Assembly (NCBI GenBank): GCA_021852265.1
Contig: JAJZNV010000008.1
Span: 1 to 52,058 of the forward strand
DNA: 52,058 bases
Direction: 5' to 3'
Source of the DNA: Nanobdellota archaeon
GTDB taxonomy: Archaea > Nanobdellota > Nanobdellia > Parvarchaeales > Parvarchaeaceae
Shown here: one piece after another, positions 16,785 to 25,613 of the stretch
Layout: every line of letters starts with the position of its first letter
Position numbering within the stretch: position 1 is the first letter of the stretch
Made by a program: the position numbers and the translations under genes
Notes under the pieces: model-generated
The model's input: only the letters and a program-made list of their open reading frames with translations
The model's database searches: none
Told to the model about the DNA's origin: nothing

Positions 16785-17720
16785 TCACCCCAGATAAGCG
16801 CCGTAAAGAAGCGGTAGTAAAACCGTCACGTCGCCTTCTACATTTACATACTTAGCCTTTGGCTTGACTTTTCCCCAGGAGATGGCCTCTTCAAGTTTTG
16901 CTCCGGAAAGGCTCCCGTCCCAATCGACCGCCGTAGTCATATAAACTGCATAATCTAATCCATGCCCAAATTGCGCCCACCATATCGTATGGTGCTTAGA
17001 TATCCCGCCGCCGAGCATCAGTGCACCCAATTTTTTGGCTTTGAATACTTTTTCTGCTAGTAGATTCTCATCTTCTATAAGATTTATTTTAAAGAGCTTA
17101 TCTTTTTGTGAGTACATCCATATCTGAGAACCAAAGCTTCCATCTGTAAAACCAGGTATTATTATTGGCACCTTATTCTTCCACGCCCAATACGTTATTG
17201 AGTCCTCTGCACCAGGTTCATCTTTTATGCTCTCTCCTATAAATGAGATTAGTTCGCTCGTGGAATATTCTTTTTTAACCTCAGCAGCCTTTTTTAGGAT
17301 TGGAATCAGTTTTTCCTCTAGAATGTAACCATAACTGTCATTTGGTATAAATATGTTATAAAGACGATTAATTCCACCCGCTCTAAGTTCTGCATCGCCA
17401 GTCACTAAATTTCCAGAGTAATAATCCTTCCAAACTTTAGCTAAATCGTGGTCCATTGTCCCGCAGGTCGTAATAATCACATCAACTAGTTTATTTTTAA
17501 TCATGTCCTTTATTACTCCTCTAAGTCCTGTCGATACAACATCTGCTGGGAAAGAGAAGAACTTTATACATTCTTTATCTTTTTGCATGTCTTTGAATAT
17601 TTCCACCGCATCTGATAGCTTCTTCGCAGTAAAACCGCCCGCAGAACTAAACTGCTTAATTAAGCTGTCTATTTTTTCCCCTTTTGATACTGATATGTTT
17701 TCTATTTTTTTGCCTAACAT
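16785..17720 (-). CDS. dys: Deoxyhypusine synthase
   Basis: STGLRG, TDGSFG, GGGISKHH, DGSLSGA, EAISWGK. Confidence 0.96.
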   Translation of the reverse strand: MLGKKIENISVSKGEKIDSLIKQFSSAGGFTAKKLSDAVEIFKDMQKDKECIKFFSFPADVVSTGLRGVIKDMIKNKLVDVIITTCGTMDHDLAKVWKDYYSGNLVTGDAELRAGGINRLYNIFIPNDSYGYILEEKLIPILKKAAEVKKEYSTSELISFIGESIKDEPGAEDSITYWAWKNKVPIIIPGFTDGSFGSQIWMYSQKDKLFKINLIEDENLLAEKVFKAKKLGALMLGGGISKHHTIWWAQFGHGLDYAVYMTTAVDWDGSLSGAKLEEAISWGKVKPKAKYVNVEGDVTVLLPLLYGAYLG

Positions 17721-17817
17721 TCTTATTATTAAATTTTAAGTGTTTAAATAAGTGTTTAATTAACAAATTTTTGGTTAAACCATGAACTAATTAATATTAG
17801 ACGTTACTAGTTATAAC

Positions 17818-19110
17818 ATGAAACCTTCGGAGATTCTAAAATATTATCTTAATGATGAAGTTATAAATCGACTACTTAATGTGAAGGATCGTGAGTGTGC
17901 AGTAAGGTACGGCGAGGGTTTCGGTAAAAGACCTATGTATTTTCAATATAGGGGAGATATTGAGAATGTTATAAGGTCAGGGGCAACGAGTTTTCATGTC
18001 AGCGAAGAGCGATGGCACAACCCACTAGACTTAACTAAGGAAATAGCAAAAGAGAATCTCTCTTCAATGAGGAAAGGATGGGACATGGTCATAGATATTG
18101 ACTGCAAGAACTTGGAAATATCTAAAATCTTTTGTAGGATGATAATAAATAAGATAGAAAGAGAGGGTGTCCACAGTCTTGCGGTAAAATTTAGTGGTGG
18201 TTCTGGATTCCATATCATGTTTCCATTCGAAGCGTTTCCGGCTGAAATAAACGGCACAGAAATAAACCGGTTATTCCCCGATGCCCCTATGACAATATCC
18301 ATATTCTTAAAAAATGAGCTCGAACAGCAGTTAAGAGAAACCTTAGAAAAAGATTACGGCGTAAGAAAATTAAGTGCAATTTTCGGCGTGGAAGAAAACA
18401 AGCTTTTAAAAAATGGCGCTCTGGATCCATATCAGGTAATAGGTATTGATACGGTACTGATATCCGAGAGACATATGTTTAGGATGCAATACTCCCTAAA
18501 TGAAAAAAAGTGGTTGGTCTCTTTGCCACTTAACAAAAATAAGATAGAGAATTTTGAAATCGACTCGGCTAAGCCAGAAAGTGTGGATACAAAAATAGAT
18601 TTTTTTGACCTTCATCCCCAGAAAAACGAGGCAGAAAATTTATTTGTTAGAGCATACGATAAATTTATCCCGGAGAAAAAGATTGAAAAAGTACGACCAA
18701 TAATGGAATATAAGGTATTAAATGTACCATTAAAAACGGCCTATTTCCCGCCATGTATAAAGCTAATAAGCGAAGGCCTCGCCGATGGCAGGAAACGCAG
18801 TATATTTATACTCACAAACTTTTACAGAAGTTCCGGTAGAACAAAGGCAGAGGTAATGTCACTTCTCTTAGAGTGGAATACTCGGAATAAGCCGCCATTA
18901 AAAGAGGGGCTTATACGGCAACAAGTTGATTATGCATTTTCCGGAAAGTTGTATCCCCCTCCAAATTGCGATGCAGAGGGTTATTATAAATACTTCAATG
19001 TCTGTTTTCCTGATGAAACTTGTAAACTTATAAAGAATCCGATTTCTTACTACATAAAACGTTCTAAGGCAGGTGCCGGGGTACCAAAGAAGCGTAATTC
19101 AAAGGCTTAA
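17818..19110 (+). CDS. Fused DNA primase (PriS catalytic domain plus PriL Fe-S C-terminal domain)
   Basis: DMVIDID and SGGSGFH of PriS; FPPC, PPNC, VC and TC cysteines of the PriL CTD. Confidence 0.88.
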   Translation: MKPSEILKYYLNDEVINRLLNVKDRECAVRYGEGFGKRPMYFQYRGDIENVIRSGATSFHVSEERWHNPLDLTKEIAKENLSSMRKGWDMVIDIDCKNLEISKIFCRMIINKIEREGVHSLAVKFSGGSGFHIMFPFEAFPAEINGTEINRLFPDAPMTISIFLKNELEQQLRETLEKDYGVRKLSAIFGVEENKLLKNGALDPYQVIGIDTVLISERHMFRMQYSLNEKKWLVSLPLNKNKIENFEIDSAKPESVDTKIDFFDLHPQKNEAENLFVRAYDKFIPEKKIEKVRPIMEYKVLNVPLKTAYFPPCIKLISEGLADGRKRSIFILTNFYRSSGRTKAEVMSLLLEWNTRNKPPLKEGLIRQQVDYAFSGKLYPPPNCDAEGYYKYFNVCFPDETCKLIKNPISYYIKRSKAGAGVPKKRNSKA

Positions 19111-19772
19111 AATTTATCTCTTAGCGCGTCTGGGTTTCTCTCAAGCCGGTCCTTCAGACTTAGAATGTCCTTGCAAAACCCAGGATGCTTACCTAGTTCT
19201 TTCTTGTTAAAGACCCCTATAAAATGCACTCCTGCCCGTCTGGATGCTACAAGATCATAAGGGCTATCCCCAACGTAATAGGTGTGTGACTTGCTCATTT
19301 TACAGGTTTTTATAGATTTATTTAATATGAATGGATTTGGTTTTTCCAAGTCTAATCTTGGGGAGTTTATGATTATTTCAGAAACGCTGTTCAGTTTTAG
19401 ATTTGGTATGAACTTCGACAGTTCTCGTGAATTCATAGACGTTGCTATACAATAGCTTATACCCAACTCCTTAAGAAGGCCCACTGTCTGAAAAACGCCA
19501 TTAAAGAATTTTATTTTTTTGATTAGTCGTGGAGTTAATTCTGCATCCCTTATCTCCATGATTTTTTTTACAGTCTCAGCAGCTAATTTTTTCTTGAGTT
19601 CTACCCTTAGCTGTTTAAAAAGAATAGAGGAAGGATATCGTATATGCGCCCTGACAAAGGTAGTTGAAACGACATCTTTTCCGAGCACCTTATCCATTGC
19701 GATTTTCATGGCTTTTGTATGAGTGCCTATACTATTTATCAGAGTACCATCTAAGTCAAATATTACGCCCAT
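19107..19772 (-). CDS. HAD-superfamily hydrolase/phosphatase
   Basis: FDLDGTL, KPNP, YVGDSPYD. Confidence 0.93.
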   Translation of the reverse strand: MGVIFDLDGTLINSIGTHTKAMKIAMDKVLGKDVVSTTFVRAHIRYPSSILFKQLRVELKKKLAAETVKKIMEIRDAELTPRLIKKIKFFNGVFQTVGLLKELGISYCIATSMNSRELSKFIPNLKLNSVSEIIINSPRLDLEKPNPFILNKSIKTCKMSKSHTYYVGDSPYDLVASRRAGVHFIGVFNKKELGKHPGFCKDILSLKDRLERNPDALRDKF

Positions 19773-19865
19773 TTATTACATTACAAAATTGGTGTATTTA
19801 AATTTAATCTGTTATCAAACTATCTAATTAAGATATCCAATACTTGTAGTCTTGATTACGTATTC

Positions 19866-20825
19866 TTAGCATTGTACTAACAGAAAGGAGTCTATTATAA
19901 GCTCAGAGGCTTCTTTCTCTGAAAAACCTCTAGACATCAAATAAAATATATCCTCTTTATCAATGGATTCGATAGAAGAGGAGTGTTTTGCCAAAACATC
20001 CTGGGCACTTATGTCCAATATCGGCACTGAATCGGTAAATGCGCCCTCCTTACTAAGATTTATTGTTTTTGTCTCGAAGTTCCCATTAGCTTTATCTTTG
20101 TAAAGTCTTAATGCGCCCCTAAAAATAAGTGACGCCGCCCCCTCTATAACCCCGCGCCCTATTACGTGTGCTTTGCTTTGAAAACCTAGGTTCACGTTTT
20201 GCACACAGTCACAGTGGGCGGTATCATAAGAATATGAGTAGATTTTTGATTGCAAATCCGAATTTTCATCTAAATCACAATCCCCTTGCAAAAAAAGAAA
20301 GTTGTCTTTAATATGGCTATTTATTAGTTCTAGTTTTGAATTCTTGCTTAGTGCTTTCTTAAATCGTATATAAGTTATACCCGAATTTCTAGAAAAAACG
20401 CTAAGCTTACAATTTGAATCCTCAACGCAATTAACGATAATAACAATATCAACTAATGAATATTCGCCAAGTTCTATTTTCAAATCTGAATTTTTAGATA
20501 GATTTAATTTTAAAGTTCCTATAACAGAAGCATTTTTACCAAAGTTTAACGTTTCTGTTCCAGACACATCCAAGGTATAACAAAAATTGTGTACCTTTCT
20601 GTTTAAATCTAGCATCGGATCTTTTTCTAATGGGAGTGGGTCTTTATACTCCGTTTTTTTTAACCGTTTATCATTAATCGTCACAAGATTCTCTTCGAAA
20701 CTTATCTTAGAAAGGTCTATCTTTGAAAAATCTGTATGAGCTATAGTTGTTGGAGAATCTCGCCACTCTTTTTTAAGTTTAAAATCTATTTTATTTTGAT
20801 GAACAAGCGCCAATAACTCACTCAT
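19866..20825 (-). CDS. sufD: SufD-like Fe-S assembly protein
   Basis: SVPILDI, AKHSSSI, FYLMSRG; follows sufB. Confidence 0.85.
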   Translation of the reverse strand: MSELLALVHQNKIDFKLKKEWRDSPTTIAHTDFSKIDLSKISFEENLVTINDKRLKKTEYKDPLPLEKDPMLDLNRKVHNFCYTLDVSGTETLNFGKNASVIGTLKLNLSKNSDLKIELGEYSLVDIVIIVNCVEDSNCKLSVFSRNSGITYIRFKKALSKNSKLELINSHIKDNFLFLQGDCDLDENSDLQSKIYSYSYDTAHCDCVQNVNLGFQSKAHVIGRGVIEGAASLIFRGALRLYKDKANGNFETKTINLSKEGAFTDSVPILDISAQDVLAKHSSSIESIDKEDIFYLMSRGFSEKEASELIIDSFLLVQC

Positions 20826-20828
20826 AAC

Positions 20829-22265
20829 TTATCCCGTTGCACCTGGTAACGCAGAAATCTCCATCTCTATCAATCTATTGATTTCTACTGCAAATTCCAA
20901 GGGTATCTCTTTTAAAACTGTGTCCATAAATCCGAGAACTATCATCGATCTTGCCTGTGCTTCCGTCAACCCTCTAGACATCAAATAAAATAATTTCTCC
21001 TTAGAAATTCTACCCACAGTCGCTTCGTGATATACTTTAGCGCTTTGATTAAGGACCTCATTATGTGGAAAAGTTGAGGTTACTGCTTTGCCTTCTAAAA
21101 GAAGCGAATCACATTGTGTGTATGCTTTCGCATTTTCAGCCCCTTTGTTTATCCTTAAAAGACCTCGATAAACGGCGGAGCCACCGCTCATGCTTATCGA
21201 TTTCGAAATTATCTTTGCGCTCTGATTTGGCGCTGACATTATGACTTTAGACCCGCTATCCTTCCATGTGCCTGGCTGCGCAAAGGATATTGTAAGATTA
21301 GAGCTACTGGCACCTTCCCCTACTAGATAAGAGGCCGGGTAAAGCATGGTTACTCTAGAGCCCAAAGTAACTTCTACCCACTCTATATGCCCATTCTTTT
21401 TTACTATCGCTCTCTTAGTGTTCAGATTATAAACATTCCTACTCCAATTTTCTGCAGATATAAATTTTACTTTTGCACCTTCCTCAACAAAAACCTCTAC
21501 AATTGCAGCGTGTAACGCCTTACTATTTGGCTCATATGCTACTGCACTGCACCCCTCCACATAAGTTACTTCACTTTCTTTATCTGCAATTATTAACGTA
21601 TGCTCAAACTGTGCCCCTTCTTTTTTATTCATTCTGAAATAAGTCTGCAAGGGCGTGTCTATTTTCACGCCGGGTGGAATATAAATCAAAGGTCCGCCGC
21701 TAAATACTGCACCATGGAGTGCTGCAAACTTATTATCTGTGAATGGAACTGCTTTCATAAAATATTTCTTTACTAGGTCGGGGTGTTCTTTCAGTGCGGT
21801 ATCAATGTCGGTGAAGATTACGCCTTTATCTGTCCATTCTTTCCTTAGTTTAGCTACAATACTGTCCGAATCAAAAACGCTCAATGAACCTGCAAGTATT
21901 TTTCTTTCGGCTTCTGGAACACCGAGTTTTTCATATGTGTCCTTTATCTCCTGCGGTACTTTATCCCAGTCTGTAGTAAAATCTACATTTGGAGGAGAGT
22001 AATAATAGAAAGAGTCATACTTCATGTCCTTATCCAAATCTGGATAACCCCAAGTCGGAGTAGGTCGCCTAATGAACTCTGCGTAGGATCTCAGTCTATG
22101 ATCTAACATCCACTCAGGCTCCCCTTTTATCCTTGAGATTTCCTTAATAAGTGCCTCACTTATACCAGTACCAAAATCATACTTGTATTTAGTGTCGGTA
22201 TAAAAGCCGAATTTATAATCCAAACCAGTACGCTTAAGTTGCTCTAATTTTTCTTCTCCGCCCAT
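20829..22265 (-). CDS. sufB: Fe-S cluster assembly protein SufB
   Basis: QFEHTLII, YVEGCSA, QCDSLL, HEATVG, FYLMSRGL. Confidence 0.96.
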   Translation of the reverse strand: MGGEEKLEQLKRTGLDYKFGFYTDTKYKYDFGTGISEALIKEISRIKGEPEWMLDHRLRSYAEFIRRPTPTWGYPDLDKDMKYDSFYYYSPPNVDFTTDWDKVPQEIKDTYEKLGVPEAERKILAGSLSVFDSDSIVAKLRKEWTDKGVIFTDIDTALKEHPDLVKKYFMKAVPFTDNKFAALHGAVFSGGPLIYIPPGVKIDTPLQTYFRMNKKEGAQFEHTLIIADKESEVTYVEGCSAVAYEPNSKALHAAIVEVFVEEGAKVKFISAENWSRNVYNLNTKRAIVKKNGHIEWVEVTLGSRVTMLYPASYLVGEGASSSNLTISFAQPGTWKDSGSKVIMSAPNQSAKIISKSISMSGGSAVYRGLLRINKGAENAKAYTQCDSLLLEGKAVTSTFPHNEVLNQSAKVYHEATVGRISKEKLFYLMSRGLTEAQARSMIVLGFMDTVLKEIPLEFAVEINRLIEMEISALPGATG

Positions 22266-22966
22266 AAAAACCCGTCCTTCTCTATTTTTTGTATGAGGTC
22301 AACGCCACCAGAGGCGATGATTCTTCCATCCTTTATGATGTTAACTTCATCTACTTTTAGGTATCTGAAAACTACCGGATTATGAGTAACTATTAAGAAA
22401 CCGGATTTCGACTCGTTTATTATTTTTGAAATTGCCTTAACGCCATCTATATCAAGTCCTGAGTCAAACTCATCTATCAATGCATACTTTGGATTAAAGA
22501 GCAATAACTGCAGTACTTCTAGCTTTTTCTTCTCGCCTCCCGACAATGTAATGTTTAGTTCTTTTGTAAGCAATTCTCTATTGAAATCTATATGTGAGAT
22601 TATTGAATTCAATTTCTCGAGAAAATCTTTGGAATCGGGGAATCTCTTGTTATATGCCGTCCTTAGGAATCTTAATATATTGAGTCCATCCACTCCCTCA
22701 GGTTCCTGAAAAACCATAAACAATCCTTCTTTTACTTTTTCGTTCGGCGGCAGATTAGTTATATTCTTTCCATTTAAGTTCACCGAACCGTTAGTAACTA
22801 GATAACTCGGGTCACCCATCAATGTCTTGCACATCGTGCTCTTTCCGCTGCCATTGGGACCCATTAACACTATCTTTTTGCCGTCTCCTATCTTTAGGCT
22901 GACTTCTCTTAATATCTGTTTTTCCCTTGCACTTACACTTAAATTTGTTACCTCAAACATATTCAA
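22244..22966 (-). CDS. sufC: Fe-S cluster assembly ATPase SufC
   Basis: GPNGSGKST, LSGGEKKK, DEFDSGLDID. Confidence 0.96.
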   Translation of the reverse strand: MNMFEVTNLSVSAREKQILREVSLKIGDGKKIVLMGPNGSGKSTMCKTLMGDPSYLVTNGSVNLNGKNITNLPPNEKVKEGLFMVFQEPEGVDGLNILRFLRTAYNKRFPDSKDFLEKLNSIISHIDFNRELLTKELNITLSGGEKKKLEVLQLLLFNPKYALIDEFDSGLDIDGVKAISKIINESKSGFLIVTHNPVVFRYLKVDEVNIIKDGRIIASGGVDLIQKIEKDGFLWAEKKN

Positions 22967-23328
22967 TCAGAACTAGGTCTGTCAATCTCAAGGAGGCAAA
23001 GAAATTCTCTAGGATTTATTCTAATCACACCACTCTCTCGGGTCTTCTCACAGATCCTACATATTTTTGTGTTTATGTTCAGGTCACTCTCGGTTATCTC
23101 ATTTATCATGCTATCTATGTATTTTCCTAGACTCTCGTTTAGATGAATGCTGCCCGCCATGCTTCCCCGTACTCTTTGCTTATACTGTGATATTGCGGGC
23201 TGCGTTATACCAAGTTTTTTTGATATCTCTATTTGTGTAAAGCCTCTTTTTAACATTCGTAATGCTATTTCTGCTCTTATCGCGGGCAATATCTCATTTA
23301 ACGTAGTCTTACAGAAAACTTCTGTCAT
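22963..23328 (-). CDS. XRE-type HTH transcriptional regulator with cysteines, first gene of the suf operon
   Basis: TQIEISKKLGITQPAISQY HTH; Cys in VFC, CRIC and FLC; stop overlaps the sufC start. Confidence 0.85.
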   Translation of the reverse strand: MTEVFCKTTLNEILPAIRAEIALRMLKRGFTQIEISKKLGITQPAISQYKQRVRGSMAGSIHLNESLGKYIDSMINEITESDLNINTKICRICEKTRESGVIRINPREFLCLLEIDRPSSD

Positions 23329-23357
23329 AACTTATAGTCTATCCTAAGTGGCACTGG

Positions 23358-23380
23358 TATTTAAATATAACGGCGTTATA
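23358..23380 (-). promoter_or_regulatory. TATA box plus adjacent inverted repeat (candidate operator) of the regulator-suf operon
   Basis: TTTAAATA on minus at 23358-23365; TATAAC-N3-GTTATA at 23366-23380. Confidence 0.5.
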
Positions 23381-23473
23381 ATCGGATATTGTACATATGA
23401 AAAAGTACGGCATCTTGACTGAACTTGCTATACAATCTATCGCATTTATAAAGAACTAAAAAAATAAAGAGAG

Positions 23474-23932
23474 ATGCAAGGTATAAAGTTTAGATACGCA
23501 AAGATGTCTGATTTTCGATCCCTTCTTCGAGAAAGCGAGGCTGAATGGCCAGGTTGGTGGGAAAAGAATTATAAATTCGGTATAAAATACACTAAAGATC
23601 GTATAACGGGAAAAAGAGCCATAGTCGCTGTCTCAGGACGGAGAATAATAGGGTTTTTAATGTTTGGGAGTATTTGGAGCAGACATACCCATATAGAGGA
23701 CCTTTATGTTCAATGTAAGTATAGACGAATGGGAGTTGCTTCTGGACTACTTGAAAAGCTTATAGAGATATCAAGAAAGACCGGGATACGCAAAATTGTA
23801 GCTGAATGTGACCCCTCCGATAAGCCAGTGCACAAGTTAAATGTAAAAAATGGGTTTCGAAGAGCTGGCTATATTAAGAGATTGTGGGGAGATACTGACG
23901 CAATAGTGTTTACAAAAGATTTGCGCGGATAA
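23474..23932 (+). CDS. GNAT-family N-acetyltransferase
   Basis: HIEDLYV...YRRMGVASGLL acetyl-CoA motif A; KNGF motif. Confidence 0.9.
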   Translation: MQGIKFRYAKMSDFRSLLRESEAEWPGWWEKNYKFGIKYTKDRITGKRAIVAVSGRRIIGFLMFGSIWSRHTHIEDLYVQCKYRRMGVASGLLEKLIEISRKTGIRKIVAECDPSDKPVHKLNVKNGFRRAGYIKRLWGDTDAIVFTKDLRG

Positions 23933-23982
23933 TTGATGACATTATGACCGAGAGATAGGTTTATAATTTTAGTGTAGATTAA

Positions 23983-24822
23983 TTACTTTCTTAGCTGGAA
24001 TACCTTCGTATCTGTTAGCTCTTTATCAGTTTGCGGTATATATCGGAGCCGTGTATAAGTCGATCCCATGACAGTTCTAAATACTTTACCATAGCTTGGG
24101 TCCAGTGTATATTGTTTCGCGTCTAGCCCACACTCTGGATGTGCAGAAGGAAAGTTTAGAGTGACCCAGGTGTGCCCTACAAAGCTTCTATTTAGCAAAT
24201 AGCCGTTACATACCCGAGCTTTTCCGCCCATAAATTTTATTTCTGGGTCATTTGAAAGCAGCCAATTTAATGTCAATGCCTGTTCAAAGCACACTGCCGG
24301 TAGGTTACCCTCAATAATGGTTTCCAATGGTATAATCTTCTGATAATACAGTTCGTCTTGTGCGATCTCCATAGCTATAAGCTCCATCCCACTCAAACCG
24401 CCTAATGAATGTTTTAACTTTCTTTGGACAGAATTTACATATCCGGTTATTTTAGCAATTCCCATTTTGGCCAGGTTTTCTTTTAGCTCATTCTTTAAGC
24501 AACAATTATATAGTACCTCAAAAGGAGGTATGGCAACCCCATAATCCACGTTTATGCAGATATCTCCAGCTTGGATGTTCCCTGCTGTGAATGATATTTT
24601 TTTATAATTTATAAATTTAGAGTCTGTTAACGCTTCCGCCTCCCTAGCTAAGCTCACCAAGTAATTTTTCTTTAGTTTTTGTTTTGAACCTTCAACCAAC
24701 GTTTCTAGCCCGGGGTAAGAAGATTCTAATGCCCCTTTTGAAAGGTAATTTTCAAATCTTATCCTCTCTGCACTATTAAGCGAATCGCCAACTTCCTCAA
24801 CCATAGTATAATCCATCTGCAA
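23983..24822 (-). CDS. Transglutaminase/papain-like fold protein
   Basis: Cys (AVCFEQAL), His (GHTWV) and Asp (TLDPS) in catalytic-triad order. Confidence 0.6.
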   Translation of the reverse strand: MQMDYTMVEEVGDSLNSAERIRFENYLSKGALESSYPGLETLVEGSKQKLKKNYLVSLAREAEALTDSKFINYKKISFTAGNIQAGDICINVDYGVAIPPFEVLYNCCLKNELKENLAKMGIAKITGYVNSVQRKLKHSLGGLSGMELIAMEIAQDELYYQKIIPLETIIEGNLPAVCFEQALTLNWLLSNDPEIKFMGGKARVCNGYLLNRSFVGHTWVTLNFPSAHPECGLDAKQYTLDPSYGKVFRTVMGSTYTRLRYIPQTDKELTDTKVFQLRK

Positions 24823-24859
24823 AACTTAACTTTAGCGCAATGCGGGTTCCCTTATCCGT

Positions 24860-25324
24860 TTATTTAAACTGGTTATCAAACTCTCCCTGTGTCGGTACAA
24901 GGTGAGGCGTCTTTGCGCTTGATGAGAATTTTCTTTTTAGATACTGGTAAGCTCTATTTTTAGGTTCTACATCATTTTTAAAATTAGCCAACATTTCTCC
25001 AAAAGAGGAATATTTTGAAGGGTGTTCAATCTGAGAGTAAGACATCCAGGACACCAAACCAACAAGCGCCAGAACCGGTGCGGATACTGTCCCGACAATA
25101 TCATAAGGATACGGCAGCTCCCCTAATGTACATACTAGCCCTAATGAACCAAGTGTCCCAAGCAGGGTAACTAACTTTTTAGTACTGCTTTTCACCGGCG
25201 TGTCATCAACGTCATTTACATTGTCTATATTAGTTAGGTCGCCTTTTGGGTTATAAATTTCAAATCCATTGCAATAAACAGTAGGCGTGCTATCTGTTAT
25301 CAAATTCTGTTCTAGGGATTTCAT
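24860..25324 (-). CDS. Hypothetical two-TM membrane protein
   Basis: 154-aa ORF with a hydrophobic hairpin. Confidence 0.6.
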   Translation of the reverse strand: MKSLEQNLITDSTPTVYCNGFEIYNPKGDLTNIDNVNDVDDTPVKSSTKKLVTLLGTLGSLGLVCTLGELPYPYDIVGTVSAPVLALVGLVSWMSYSQIEHPSKYSSFGEMLANFKNDVEPKNRAYQYLKRKFSSSAKTPHLVPTQGEFDNQFK

Positions 25325-25613
25325 ATTCTTGCCAGAGAGTTATAGAATACAACGTTTATTTAAGCATTCGTATGCACCCGTTTTTAGAATAATTACAAAT
25401 TTTGTTCGAAAAAAATTGGAATTTTTGGGATTAGTTTCATGCCAGCTACTTTTTTGATTTAAAAGATATGGGCGATTCTTCGTTAGAGACCAATGCATTA
25501 ATCTATTTATAGATGCCATACCAAATTTGCAATAACTTAGTTTAATAAACGACGCTATCAAAAATTTAACCTATAAATATCGAAAGGCTTCTTTTATACA
25601 AAAAGGAGGGGGC

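Noticed and set aside
20829-22265. Intein in SufB or RadA (both known intein hosts)
   Set aside because: Both are of normal length, with no Hint motifs
23407-23469. 20-codon ORF MKKYGILTELAIQSIAFIKN upstream of the GNAT gene
   Set aside because: Length expected by chance; no supporting signal
25340-25561. 73-aa ORF in the AT-rich spacer
   Set aside because: No motif, weak start context, low-complexity AT-rich sequence; cannot support it as a gene
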